DNA of 64,000 bases. Source: Candidatus Lindowbacteria bacterium RIFCSPLOWO2_12_FULL_62_27. Its GTDB lineage: Bacteria > Lindowbacteria > 2-12-FULL-62-27. The stretch covers positions 62,001-126,000 of the forward strand of contig MFPR01000043.1 in NCBI GenBank assembly GCA_001784175.1, written 5' to 3'. Below the pieces are notes generated by a model. The model saw nothing but the letters and a program-made list of their open reading frames with translations. It was not told the origin of the DNA and ran no database searches. Within the stretch, counting starts at the first letter, position 1; the number at the start of each line of letters is the position of its first letter. Positions 52,455-62,304 of this stretch are shown in pieces. Both the position numbers and the translations under genes were made by a program.

Positions 52455-54065
52455 CTATTGGTCCTTGACCGTGACCGTCTGGTGGACCGGCGCCTTTGCC
52501 GCTGTCACGACACGGCCGGTCGGATACGTCACGCGCACGTCCACCTGCTTCGCCTTGCCGACGCCCAGATGGACCGGGATCGCCGAATTGCCCAGGCCGT
52601 CGCCGGCGCCGACCAGAGCCGCGACGTAACGGCCCGGACCTTTTCGAAAGTCCGCGCCGCCGTCCAAGTCGATCTCGACCCATGCGCCGATCGCGAGCCG
52701 GTAAGGCGCGCCGTCCCCCGCGTCGGATTTTACGATCTCGCGGGTGGCCGGATTGAATTTCGTGCCGCAGTGCGGACATTCGACGACCTGCGCCCGGCCC
52801 CGGGCGGCGCCGCGCGTCAGCGGATTGACCTTGATCCAGCCGTTCGCGCCTGTGTCCTCGTTGCGATAAAACAGATCGACATGCGTCACCTGCGTGCCGA
52901 TGAACAGATCAAGATCGCCGTCGTTGTCGTAATCGGCCCATCCCGCGCCGATGCACCAGCCGCCTTCCAGGCCTTCCTGCTTCGCGACGTTTGCGAACGT
53001 GCCGTCGCCGTTGTTGCGGTACAGCGTGAGTGGCTGGCTGGCGTCGTTGGCGACGACGAGGTCCAAGTCGCCGTCGTTGTCGTAGTCGCCCCATGCGACG
53101 CCCCGGCCCCGCAGGCTGTCCCGCATACCGGACTTTTCGGCCACCTGCGCGAACGTGCCGTCACCGTTGTTGCGGTAGAGAAAATCCTGCGCGTCGCCGT
53201 AGTTGGCGACGTAGAGATCGAGATCGCCGTCGTTGTCGTAATCGCCCCACGCGGCGCCCTGGCCGTTCACGTTTTCGGCCATGCCCACGTCGGCGGCCAC
53301 ATTTTTGAACGTCCCGTTGCCGTTGTTGCGGTACAGGAAGTCCTGCCCGCCACGCGTGACGTAGATGTCGAGGTCTTTGTCGCCGTCGTAATCGCCCCAT
53401 GCGACGCCGTATCCCTGCACAGAGGATTCGACGATGCCGGCCCCGGCGGCGATGTCGAGAAAAGTGCCGTTGCCGCGGTTTTGAAAGAGCGCATTCTGCG
53501 CCCCACCGACCAAAAACAAATCGAGATGTGCGTCGCCGTCAAAATCGGCCCACGCGGCGCCGTAATGGTTTCCCTTCTGGCCCATCCCGGCCTCCGCCGC
53601 CACGTTTCGGAAATGGCCTTCTCCGTCGTTCTGCCACAAAAAGTCCGGCTCCTCGTTCACGTTGACGACGTACAGGTCCTGGTCGCCGTCGTTATCGTAG
53701 TCGGCCCAGCCGCAGCCGAATCCCGCGGCCCGGCCCGCGTCCACGCCGGCTTCCGTCTCCGCCTTCGCGAACGTTCCATCGCCTTTGTTTCGATACAAAA
53801 GATCCGGATGGCGATAGTATCCGCTCACAAAAAGGTCCGGCAGCCCGTCCCCGTTGTAGTCCCCCCAGGACGCGCCCATGCCCATGTGAAAATCCCATGC
53901 CCACGTGTCCTTGATCCGCGTAAACCGCGGCCGCTCCGACGCCGGCGCCGTGTCCTCCACGGCCACCGCGCCCGAACGCACCTTCTCGATCTTGACGATC
54001 TGCTGGCCAAAGGCCGGAGAAACAGACAACATGAAACAGGCCATCAGCGCCGCAACGGCTCTCAT
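52455..54065 (-). CDS. Secreted FG-GAP/VCBS repeat (CRTAC1-like) protein with ASPIC/UnbV-like C-terminus
   Basis: About seven W(G/A)DYDNDGDLDL repeats with LYRNNGDGTF; AIGA...VHLGVG. Confidence 0.88.
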   Translation of the reverse strand: MRAVAALMACFMLSVSPAFGQQIVKIEKVRSGAVAVEDTAPASERPRFTRIKDTWAWDFHMGMGASWGDYNGDGLPDLFVSGYYRHPDLLYRNKGDGTFAKAETEAGVDAGRAAGFGCGWADYDNDGDQDLYVVNVNEEPDFLWQNDGEGHFRNVAAEAGMGQKGNHYGAAWADFDGDAHLDLFLVGGAQNALFQNRGNGTFLDIAAGAGIVESSVQGYGVAWGDYDGDKDLDIYVTRGGQDFLYRNNGNGTFKNVAADVGMAENVNGQGAAWGDYDNDGDLDLYVANYGDAQDFLYRNNGDGTFAQVAEKSGMRDSLRGRGVAWGDYDNDGDLDLVVANDASQPLTLYRNNGDGTFANVAKQEGLEGGWCIGAGWADYDNDGDLDLFIGTQVTHVDLFYRNEDTGANGWIKVNPLTRGAARGRAQVVECPHCGTKFNPATREIVKSDAGDGAPYRLAIGAWVEIDLDGGADFRKGPGRYVAALVGAGDGLGNSAIPVHLGVGKAKQVDVRVTYPTGRVVTAAKAPVHQTVTVKDQ

Positions 54066-54069
54066 GCGG

Positions 54070-55104
54070 TTAGCGCGAACTTCGCGCGAAGTCGAGGATG
54101 CGGGTGATGAGGCCGTCGAAGCCCCAGCCGGCGGTTACGGCCATTTTGGCCATGCCGGCGATCGGGGAAAGATCGGGATTGGGGTTGACCTCCAGCACGT
54201 AAATCCGGTTGTGCCGGTCCAGTCGCAGGTCAATGCGCGTGTAGCCGCGGACGTTCAGCGCGCCGAGGACCGTCCGTCCGACTTGGACGATCCGGTCGCG
54301 AAGGGCGGCGGGCAGAGGCGCGGGGCAGAGCGTTTGGGTGCATTTGAAATAGACGGTATCGTATTTCCATTTTGACTCGTATCCCACAATGCGCGCGGCG
54401 CCTTCCGGCAGCCGCGAAAAATCGATCTCGGCCAGCGGCAACACCTCGTCGCCGACCACGCCCACGTTGATTTCCCGGCCGGCGATGTAGGATTCGATCA
54501 GGATTGGCTGCCGCAGTTTCCGGTACAGCGAGCCGACCCGCCGCCGGAGACGCAACGGATCGGAGGTCACGGCGTCGGCGGTCACGCCGATGCTGCCGTC
54601 CTCCAGGGTCGGCTTGGAGATCCAGGGTGGCAGCGGAAGATTTTCCGGGAGCGTTCCATCCGTGGAGATCGCGTGAGGCGGCGTGAACACGCCGTACTCG
54701 CCCAGCACGGCTTTCGCTTTGAGCTTGTCCCGGCATAAGAGCAGCGCGTCCGGAGGCGCCGACGTATGGGGCAGATTCAGAAGGTCCAGCAGGGAAGTGA
54801 CGCGGGCCTCGCCCATCGTGTCGCCGAACGCGGTCTCCGCCAGATGGAACACCACATCCGGCCGGTCTTTTACGAGCGCTCGTACGAGCTTGTCGATCCC
54901 CATACCCAGCGACACCGTCCGGGTTCGGTGGCCAAGCCGCGCCATCGATTCCTGAATCGGCAGGATGGCTTCCCAGACGCCTACATGCGCTTCCTCGCCC
55001 TCCCGGCCCCGCAGGTCCTCCGTTTCGTCGTGCAAGAGAACGACGTTCAGGCTTGAAACGCGCGGCGCCGCGCGCGGCCGGGATCTGGAACGGATCAGCG
55101 CCAT
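54070..55104 (-). CDS. D-Ala-D-Ala ligase-like ATP-grasp protein 2
   Basis: PDVVFHLAE, DKLKAK, KPTLEDGSIG, GREINV, RIDLR, EVNPNPD. Confidence 0.88.
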   Translation of the reverse strand: MALIRSRSRPRAAPRVSSLNVVLLHDETEDLRGREGEEAHVGVWEAILPIQESMARLGHRTRTVSLGMGIDKLVRALVKDRPDVVFHLAETAFGDTMGEARVTSLLDLLNLPHTSAPPDALLLCRDKLKAKAVLGEYGVFTPPHAISTDGTLPENLPLPPWISKPTLEDGSIGVTADAVTSDPLRLRRRVGSLYRKLRQPILIESYIAGREINVGVVGDEVLPLAEIDFSRLPEGAARIVGYESKWKYDTVYFKCTQTLCPAPLPAALRDRIVQVGRTVLGALNVRGYTRIDLRLDRHNRIYVLEVNPNPDLSPIAGMAKMAVTAGWGFDGLITRILDFARSSR

Positions 55105-56147
55105 CCGGAGGCGGAGGCGGAGACTTCGCGCGCTGGATTCAAACGGGCCAGCGCCGCGGTCAGGATTTTTTCGATCAGCTCCGTGTAGGGAATTCCCAGC
55201 AGCCGGGCCAGAATCGGCAGGTCGCCGGTCGCGGGTGAGAGGCCCGGGAGCGGATTGGCTTCGATAAAAAACGGCGTGCCGTTTTCGGCCAGACGAAAAT
55301 CGATCCGCGCGACGTCGCGGCACTCGAGCGCGCGGAAAACCGACGTCGCCGCCTCCTCGATCCGCTTGATCTGCGGCCCGGACGCGGGCGGCGGCGTCAC
55401 GTATTCGACGAGGTTCACAAAATCCCGCTTGACTTCAAGGCTGTACACAAAATTGGGATTGCTCCCGCCGCGCGGAATCACCTCCAGAACGCCCAGCACC
55501 TCCACCGTGTCGCGCCCGCCGTTCACGGCGGAACTGTTGCCGATCACGCCCACGGTGATCTCCCGGCCCGCAATGAATTGCTCGACGAGGACGGGCCGGC
55601 GATAGGTCCGCAAGAGCCACCGGACGCGCTCTTCGGCCTCCATCATCCGCCGGCAAATGGAATCGTTCCGGATGCCCTTCGAGGATCCTTCGTCGAGAGG
55701 CTTCACAAAGAGCGGCGGCGTGGGAAATTTGGAGGCCTCGAGGTCCTCTTCCTGCCGGATCACCGCAAAGTCCGGCGTGGCCAGGCCGTCCTGCCGGACC
55801 AAGCGCTTGGCCATGGCCTTGTCGAGCGTTGCGGCCAGCGTCAGAGGATCGGAATGCGTGTATGGGATGCCCAAAAATTCGCAGATCGACGGCACATGCG
55901 CCTCCCGGCACCGGCCTCCGGCGCCTTCGGCGATGTTCCACACGAGGTCCGGCGGATCGAACCGGACGCGGTCCAGAAATCCGGCGCCGCCGCCCAGCAG
56001 GACCGTCTGATGGCCGATCTGGCGGAGCGCGGTCGCGATGGATTCCACGGTTTCGGCCGAATCGTACTCCTCGTAGTAATCGTCCGGGACATCCGCAGAC
56101 TTCGCGGCGGCGGCCGGTTTCAGATCAAATGCGATACCAATCTTCAC
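55095..56147 (-). CDS. D-Ala-D-Ala ligase-like ATP-grasp protein 1
   Basis: NIAEG, DKAMAK, KPLDEGSSKGI, GREITVG, RIDFR, EANPLPGL. Confidence 0.9.
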   Translation of the reverse strand: MKIGIAFDLKPAAAAKSADVPDDYYEEYDSAETVESIATALRQIGHQTVLLGGGAGFLDRVRFDPPDLVWNIAEGAGGRCREAHVPSICEFLGIPYTHSDPLTLAATLDKAMAKRLVRQDGLATPDFAVIRQEEDLEASKFPTPPLFVKPLDEGSSKGIRNDSICRRMMEAEERVRWLLRTYRRPVLVEQFIAGREITVGVIGNSSAVNGGRDTVEVLGVLEVIPRGGSNPNFVYSLEVKRDFVNLVEYVTPPPASGPQIKRIEEAATSVFRALECRDVARIDFRLAENGTPFFIEANPLPGLSPATGDLPILARLLGIPYTELIEKILTAALARLNPAREVSASASGWR

Positions 56148-56180
56148 GGGTGTGATACGCCCCTCCTTCCGGATTCCTTG

Positions 56181-57560
56181 CTAGGCGTGCGGGACCAGCG
56201 TCGGCTGCGCCGCATCGGCGTGCTGCGCCCGGCGCGTGTAGCGGAGCAGATGTTCCGGAATCAGGCTGGGTTGGTCGCCCGACAACAGGCGCGCCACGCC
56301 CTCGACCGGCCGGCGGTCCCGGCGCCGGCGGAGGCGGCGCAGAGGCTTGGGCGGCTCCTCGACCGCCACCATCATGCCCTCGTAGTTGCGGAGCACCCAG
56401 CGCTCCTCGGAAACCGACACGATGTAGTTCGGCATGACGGGAATCTTGCCGCCGCCGCCCGGCGCGTCGACCACGTAGGTCGGAACCGCCAGGCCCGACG
56501 TGTGGCCGCGCAGATACTCCATGATTTCGAGTCCCTTCGCGATCGACGTCCGGAAATACTCCGCGCCCTTGATCTGGTCGCAGTGAAAAATGTAGTAGGG
56601 CCGGATCTTGGACGCCGTGAGCTTGTGCATGAGTTCCAGCATCACGAACGGATCGTCGTTGACGCCGCGCATGAGGACCGTGTGGTTGTTCAGCGGCACG
56701 CCGGCGCGCAGAATCTTGAGACAGGCCTCGGCGGCCGTCGGCGTGACCTCGCGCGGATGGTTGAAGTGCGTCTGCACCCAGACCTTTTTGCCGCGCTCGA
56801 GGATGTCGATCAGCTCGGGCGTGATTTTCTGCGGGAGCGTGGTCGGAACCCGCGTGCCGAGGCGGACCATCTGCACGTGCGGGATGTCCTTGAGGCGCTG
56901 GAGCACGTAGTCGAGCTTGACGGGCGACAGCATGAGCGGGTCGCCGCCGGAACAGATGACGTCCCGGACGGCGTCGGTGCGCGCGATGTAGTCGATCATC
57001 GCGTCGAGTTGCGGCCGGGTCATCTGGAAATCGCCGTCGATCCATTCGCGCTTGCGCGTGCAGAACCGGCAGTACATGGAACAGACGTTGGTGGTGTACA
57101 TCAGGACGCGGTTGGGATACCGGTGCGTCAGGCCGGGCACCGGCGAGTCCTCCTTTTCGTCCAGCGAGTCGGCCTCGCCGTAGGACGTCACCTCCAGCTC
57201 CTTCCCTGACGGAATCGACTGGAGCCGGATCGGATCGTTCGGGTCGTCCGGATTCACCAGAGACATCCAGTAAGGCGAGAGCATGAAGTGGTAGACATCG
57301 GTGACATTTTTTAGGCGTTGTTCTTCCGTTGGAGTCAGCGGAATGTGCAGTTTCAGTTGATCGACGGTTTTGATGGAGTTACGCATCTGCCATTTGAAGT
57401 CATTCCACTCATGGTCGGGCACATCTTTCCAGCGGGACTTGGACTTCCACGGGCAAATCGAAGCTGCGGGCGATGTCGCAGATTGAGGTTTGGAAGACTC
57501 AACTGGATCCGGCGGCTCTTCCCCCCCACTTTTACCATGAGCGCTCTGGATCGATTCCAT
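56181..57560 (-). CDS. kamA: KamA-family radical SAM/PLP aminomutase (lysine 2,3-aminomutase-like)
   Basis: GLTHRYP, CSMYCRFCTR, SGGDPL, HFNHP, RPYY, VVDAPGGGGKIP. Confidence 0.92.
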   Translation of the reverse strand: MESIQSAHGKSGGEEPPDPVESSKPQSATSPAASICPWKSKSRWKDVPDHEWNDFKWQMRNSIKTVDQLKLHIPLTPTEEQRLKNVTDVYHFMLSPYWMSLVNPDDPNDPIRLQSIPSGKELEVTSYGEADSLDEKEDSPVPGLTHRYPNRVLMYTTNVCSMYCRFCTRKREWIDGDFQMTRPQLDAMIDYIARTDAVRDVICSGGDPLMLSPVKLDYVLQRLKDIPHVQMVRLGTRVPTTLPQKITPELIDILERGKKVWVQTHFNHPREVTPTAAEACLKILRAGVPLNNHTVLMRGVNDDPFVMLELMHKLTASKIRPYYIFHCDQIKGAEYFRTSIAKGLEIMEYLRGHTSGLAVPTYVVDAPGGGGKIPVMPNYIVSVSEERWVLRNYEGMMVAVEEPPKPLRRLRRRRDRRPVEGVARLLSGDQPSLIPEHLLRYTRRAQHADAAQPTLVPHA

Positions 57561-57589
57561 TTGGGATCAACCACATCCTTTCGTCAAGC

Positions 57590-57618
57590 AAAAAAATCAG
57601 CTCCGCTGCGCGGAGCCG
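57590..57618 (-). terminator. Intrinsic terminator-like hairpin 30 nt upstream of kamA
   Basis: CGGCTCCGC-GCA-GCGGAGCTG-A-T7 on the minus strand. Confidence 0.65.
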
Positions 57619-57648
57619 GGGCACCCTATTTCCCCTGCCCTCATCGCA

Positions 57649-57677
57649 TTCATACAGCGATGGAAAATGAATGTCAA
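57649..57677 (-). promoter_or_regulatory. Candidate sigma70 promoter for the kamA cluster
   Basis: TTGACA, 17 nt, TATGAA. Confidence 0.55.
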
Positions 57678-57706
57678 TACTTCAAACCAATATTTTGCGA
57701 AAATTT

Positions 57707-58705
57707 TTACGGAGACAAACAGACGTGCGGGATCAGATACTCGCGCACATATTCCTGAACGGCGCCGTCGAGCGGCGTGAGCGGGCGCGCGCAGCCGGCG
57801 GCGCGGAGCCGCGAAAGATCGGCGAGCGTGTGGTACTGATACTTGTCGCGGATCCCGGCCGGCATATCGATGTACTCGATCGTGACGGGCCGGCCCATGG
57901 CCGCAAAGACCGGTGTGACGAGTTCCTTCCACGTGTGCGTGACGCCTGAGCCGATGTTGAAGATGCCGTGGACGGAGGGCCGGTCCAAAAAAAACAGCGT
58001 CAGGTCGACGGCGTCCTTCACGTAGAGAAAATCCCGGACCTGCTCGCCGTCGGCGTAGTCGGGCCGGTGCGACTTGAAGAGCCGCACCCGGCCGGTGCCG
58101 CGGATCTGCTCGTACGATTTCAGCACGACGCTTCGCATGTCGCCCTTGTGATATTCGTTCGGCCCGAAGACGTTGAAATATTTGAGGCCGGCGATCCGGT
58201 CCAGCCATCCGCGCGATTTCGCCAGGAGATCAAACCGGTGCTTGGACTCGCCGTACAGGTTCAGGGGCTGCAGCCGCTCGAGGGCGGCCGGATCGTCGGA
58301 GTATCCGGCGTGGCCGTCGCCGTAGGTGGCGGCGCTGGACGCGTAAATGAACCGGACGCCGCGCCGGAGCGCATATTCGGCCAGCGTGCGCGTGTATTCG
58401 GTGTTGTTGCGGCGCAAAAGGTCGGCGTTCATCTCGGTGGTGCTGGAGATCGCGCCCATGTGGATCAGGGCGCGCACGCCGGTCTCCCAGCCGCCTCGGG
58501 CGATGCGATCGAGAAAATCGTCGGCGTCGAGATAATCGGCGTACGCGAGCGGCGCCAGGTTCCGCCGCTTGTCGTTCAGCTCGCCGTCGGGCGGGCCTGG
58601 TTCATCGAGGCGGTCTACGACGAGAATGTCTTTTTCTCCGCGGCGGTTGAGTCCCCAGACGATGGCGCTGCCGATGAATCCGGCGCCGCCGGTGACGACG
58701 ATCAT
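57707..58705 (-). CDS. rfaD: ADP-L-glycero-D-manno-heptose 6-epimerase
   Basis: VTGGAGFIGS, HMGAISSTTE, YASSAATYG, YGESK, YFNVFGPNEYHKG. Confidence 0.95.
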   Translation of the reverse strand: MIVVTGGAGFIGSAIVWGLNRRGEKDILVVDRLDEPGPPDGELNDKRRNLAPLAYADYLDADDFLDRIARGGWETGVRALIHMGAISSTTEMNADLLRRNNTEYTRTLAEYALRRGVRFIYASSAATYGDGHAGYSDDPAALERLQPLNLYGESKHRFDLLAKSRGWLDRIAGLKYFNVFGPNEYHKGDMRSVVLKSYEQIRGTGRVRLFKSHRPDYADGEQVRDFLYVKDAVDLTLFFLDRPSVHGIFNIGSGVTHTWKELVTPVFAAMGRPVTIEYIDMPAGIRDKYQYHTLADLSRLRAAGCARPLTPLDGAVQEYVREYLIPHVCLSP

Positions 58706-58727
58706 TCTGTATTCTGTATTCTGATGA

Positions 58728-59168
58728 TTAGTCGGAAAACCGGATGTAGATGCACATGTCGGGCTTGTTCTTCTTGTAGATGTGCCGGAAGGAGTGGAGG
58801 ACGCTGGGATCATAGGAATAGATGAGCGTGTAGGTGGTCCGGCTGCCGTCCTTCCGGCACTTGACCGTGTCGGTCGGATATTTCAGGGTCGGCTGGTAGA
58901 TTTCAGGAACCTTCTTGTTGATCAGCCGGATGGCGGAAATAAACCCGCGCTTGCCCGGAACGTGGACCTTCTCCAGCTCCTCGACATAATAATTGCGGAG
59001 TTGTCCGGGATAGGCGGTCGAGGAGATTTCAATATCCTTGTGCTTCAGGATCCCCAGATCCTCGAAGACTTCGTCCATGAACTGGCGCCGCTCGTCCAGC
59101 TCCTCCGGCGAGATGGGCTCGTCGCCTTCTTCAAACGCTTCCTGCTCCGTTTTCTTTTCTTCCGCCAT
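58728..59168 (-). CDS. Hypothetical protein
   Basis: GGAG RBS, GC3-biased codons, acidic N-terminus; no motif recognised. Confidence 0.7.
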   Translation of the reverse strand: MAEEKKTEQEAFEEGDEPISPEELDERRQFMDEVFEDLGILKHKDIEISSTAYPGQLRNYYVEELEKVHVPGKRGFISAIRLINKKVPEIYQPTLKYPTDTVKCRKDGSRTTYTLIYSYDPSVLHSFRHIYKKNKPDMCIYIRFSD

Positions 59169-59231
59169 GGCTGTTCGTTTCTCCATCAAGATTGTCATAT
59201 GTGGCCGCGCGTTAAACGATCGAAACTCCCA

Positions 59232-60815
59232 TCAGTAGATGTTGCTGGCCCGGACGCCGCCCGTATAATCGATGAACACGGTTTTCAGCTCGGTGAAAAA
59301 CTCGATACCTTCCTTGGCCATCTCCCGGTTTCCGCAGCCGCTCTCCTTGATCCCCCCGAACGGCACCTGCGCCTCGCCGCCGATGGTCGGGGAATTCACG
59401 TGGACCATCCCGGCTTCGATCGCGTCGACGTACCGCAGGGCCTTGTTGATGTCCCGCGTGTAAATGGAACTCGACAGGCCGAAGATGACACGGTTGGAAA
59501 CCTCGATGGCCTCCTCGAAACTCCTGACCCGCGTCACTGCCAACACCGGGCCGAAAACCTCCTCCCGGAAAAGCGTGTCGGTTGGCTTGACGTGATCGAA
59601 TACCGTCGGCTCCACAAAGTACCCCTTTTCCAGTCCATCCCGCATCGCCCGGCTGCCGCCGGCCAGAAGCTTGTTGCCCTCGGCCTTCGCCTTCGCGATG
59701 TACTCGAGCACGGTCTGGAGCTGGGACTTGTCAATCAGCGGGCTCATCGTGTTCGACGGGTCGATCCCGGGGCCGGCTTTGAGTTTTTTGACTTCCGGCA
59801 AAAATTTCTCGAGGAACCGGTCCGCGATCGATTCCTCCAGGATCAGCCGGCTGGTGGCCGTGCAGCGCTGGCCGGCGTTGCCGAAGGCGCCCCGCAGGAC
59901 GCCGCCGACGGCGCTGTCGAGATCCGCGTCGGCCAGGATCACGCACGGGTTCTTGCCGCCCATCTCGCAGGTGACTTTCTTGTTCAGTATCCCGCACATC
60001 TCTTCGACCTTCCGGCCCACGCCGGTGGAGCCGGTGAAGGAAACGACGCGGACGGCGGAGTTCGTGATCAACTCGTTGCCGACAATCGAGCCGGCGCCCA
60101 CGATGAAGTTCAGGACGCCTTTCGGAAGGCCCGCCTCCTCGAAACATTTCACCAGCTCCGCCGCGAGCCACGGCGTGAAGCTGGCGGGCTTGAAGACCAC
60201 CGTGTTGCCGGCCACGAGGGCGGGCGCGATTTTCCAGCACGGAATGGCCCACGGGAAATTCCAGGGCGTGATGATCGCCACGACGCCGATCGGCTGGCGG
60301 ATCGTGAAGAGAAAATTGTTGGCGAGTTCCGACGGCGCGGTTTCGCCGTAGTAGCGGAACCCCTCGCCGGCGTAAAATTCCAGAAGATTGTCCCCCTTGG
60401 TGATCTCCCCGCGCGCGTCCGAGAGGATCTTGCCGCCCTCGATCGCCATGATCCGCGCCAGATCCTCCTTGCGCGCCTCGGCGATCTGAAACGCCCGGAG
60501 CACGATCCGAGCCCGGACCATCGGCGGCGTCGCCTTCCACGCCGGAAAGGCCCTCCGGGCCGCCTCGATCGCGGCCTTCGCGTCGCGCAGCGTGGACGCG
60601 GGAGCTTTCGCGACGATGTTCCCGTTCGAGGGGTCCTCGACGTCGATCGTTACGCTGTGCTCGGCCGGCTGCCAGCAGCCGTCAATGTAGTTCTGAACGA
60701 TCGTCATCAGGCCGGAGGTCACCGGTTTCTCCCGACTGCTGGTTTTCGCCGGCGCGGCGCGCCCGCTTCCCTTCCCGCGTTTCGCCTTCTTCCCGCCCCT
60801 CGTGATGGTCGCCAT
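59232..60815 (-). CDS. NAD(P)-dependent aldehyde dehydrogenase
   Basis: ITPWNFP, FTGST, EMGGKNP, GQRCTA, EEVFGP, PFGGIKESG. Confidence 0.95.
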   Translation of the reverse strand: MATITRGGKKAKRGKGSGRAAPAKTSSREKPVTSGLMTIVQNYIDGCWQPAEHSVTIDVEDPSNGNIVAKAPASTLRDAKAAIEAARRAFPAWKATPPMVRARIVLRAFQIAEARKEDLARIMAIEGGKILSDARGEITKGDNLLEFYAGEGFRYYGETAPSELANNFLFTIRQPIGVVAIITPWNFPWAIPCWKIAPALVAGNTVVFKPASFTPWLAAELVKCFEEAGLPKGVLNFIVGAGSIVGNELITNSAVRVVSFTGSTGVGRKVEEMCGILNKKVTCEMGGKNPCVILADADLDSAVGGVLRGAFGNAGQRCTATSRLILEESIADRFLEKFLPEVKKLKAGPGIDPSNTMSPLIDKSQLQTVLEYIAKAKAEGNKLLAGGSRAMRDGLEKGYFVEPTVFDHVKPTDTLFREEVFGPVLAVTRVRSFEEAIEVSNRVIFGLSSSIYTRDINKALRYVDAIEAGMVHVNSPTIGGEAQVPFGGIKESGCGNREMAKEGIEFFTELKTVFIDYTGGVRASNIY

Positions 60816-60965
60816 CGCCCTTGCTCCTTTGTTGTTTGAAATGCACCCACACGCATTCAATCACAATCGGCGCGCGCCCGTCAAGCAAGAGGCCGCAGGT
60901 TGACTCCATCTGCGAAGTATAATTAATAGAAATCAACATGATGGGAATGGACAGCGTGTGCGGCC

Positions 60966-62276
60966 GTGAGTGAGGCCGGCCGGAAGAGTCCGTGGCCGGC
61001 GCGGATCGGCCTGTGTCTGGTGTCGGCGGGAGCGGCCGTCTGGATGTTTGTGTTCGCGCTGGAGTGGTTTCATGTCGGCGCGATGGGGTTCGGGCCGCAG
61101 CAACTGATTCTGGCCGTCGGCGGGACGTTGCTGATGGTCGGCGGCGTGCTGCTCTGGATCAGCGTGCGCGTGTTTTACGTGAGTCTCAAGATTGCGGTGA
61201 CCCTCCTGTCGCTCTGGGGTGTTTTCCATCTGGTGACGGGGCTGGGCAGCCTGGAAGTCGTGATGGAGTCGCTGTTGAAAGCGGCCGGCGTGCATGAGCG
61301 GGTTCCGCCCGGACAGTTCGTGTTCCGGCGGATGGCCAACGTGTTCGCGCAGTTTTATCATTTTCCGTACTCATACCAGGTCAAGCCGCGGCCCTACGGG
61401 ATTTATGAGAAGCTGAAACTGAACGATCTCGGGTATCGGATGGAGGAGGACCTCGCGGATTTTCGCGGTCGCCATCCGGACGACCGGGTCATCCTCCTCT
61501 TCGGCGGGTCCGCGGCCTTCGACGTCACGGTGCCGGACTACCGGCAAACCATCGCAGGCCGGATCGAAACGCTGCTCAACGCCGATACGGCCCTCCTCCG
61601 CGGAGAGCGGCGCTTCAAGGTCCTGAACATGGCCGTGCCCGGGTCGATGATGCTGGATGCCATGGTCCACTACGTGGTGTTCGGCGCGCGACTCGCCCCG
61701 GAGATCGTCATCTGCCATGCCGGATTCAATGACCTGTCGGCCGGGCAAATGACCGACACGTATCTGTTGACGAATTATGAAGTCACCTATACCAGCTTTC
61801 ACGAGGAGTGGTCGAAAATCCTGTTTGGCCGGCGGAACTTCCTCTTTGCGCCGTTTTCCCGGCAGACCGAAGTGCACCGGGCGGTCAATCCGCCGGAACA
61901 CGTGGTCGCGGCGTACCGGGACCGGGTTCTGCAGTTTCAGAGGATGGCGCAGGCGGACAGCGCCCTCTTCATATCGGGACTGCAGCCGATGGTGTCGAGC
62001 AAGAAGCGGATGTCGCCGGAGGAGGAACAGCGGGCCCGCCGGGATTACCGGCTGCCGACGCTCGTTTTTTCAGGGGTGCCGGACCTGTACGCGCTGTACC
62101 TGCGAAGCGATCCGCGGCAGTTACCTGCCCACTTTGTCGATTTCCACACGATGTTCCATGCGTACGGCGAGGAAGTCACTCTGTTCGCGGACGTCATGCA
62201 CTACAGCGAAGACGCCTCCCGGATGATCGCGGAGAGTTATCACCGGAAAATATCGGAACTTCTAAAACGACCGTAA
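60966..62276 (+). CDS. Membrane-anchored SGNH/GDSL hydrolase-like protein
   Basis: N-terminal TM helices, LNDLGYR, FGGSAAF, GFND, DVMH. Confidence 0.75.
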   Translation: MSEAGRKSPWPARIGLCLVSAGAAVWMFVFALEWFHVGAMGFGPQQLILAVGGTLLMVGGVLLWISVRVFYVSLKIAVTLLSLWGVFHLVTGLGSLEVVMESLLKAAGVHERVPPGQFVFRRMANVFAQFYHFPYSYQVKPRPYGIYEKLKLNDLGYRMEEDLADFRGRHPDDRVILLFGGSAAFDVTVPDYRQTIAGRIETLLNADTALLRGERRFKVLNMAVPGSMMLDAMVHYVVFGARLAPEIVICHAGFNDLSAGQMTDTYLLTNYEVTYTSFHEEWSKILFGRRNFLFAPFSRQTEVHRAVNPPEHVVAAYRDRVLQFQRMAQADSALFISGLQPMVSSKKRMSPEEEQRARRDYRLPTLVFSGVPDLYALYLRSDPRQLPAHFVDFHTMFHAYGEEVTLFADVMHYSEDASRMIAESYHRKISELLKRP

Positions 62277-62304
62277 CTGTGATATATACAGGCGCGTTTT
62301 CAGT

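Noticed and set aside
52900-53870. CRISPR-like periodic DNA repeats
   Set aside because: They are degenerate coding repeats of the FG-GAP WGDYDNDGD motif; no cas genes
54070-56147. Canonical ddl or vancomycin-resistance ligases
   Set aside because: The N-terminal GGxSxE motif is missing, and the context is kamA rather than mur or van genes
58703-58722. ATTCTGT x3 as a phase-variation tract upstream of rfaD
   Set aside because: Only about three units, intergenic, with no evidence of length variation
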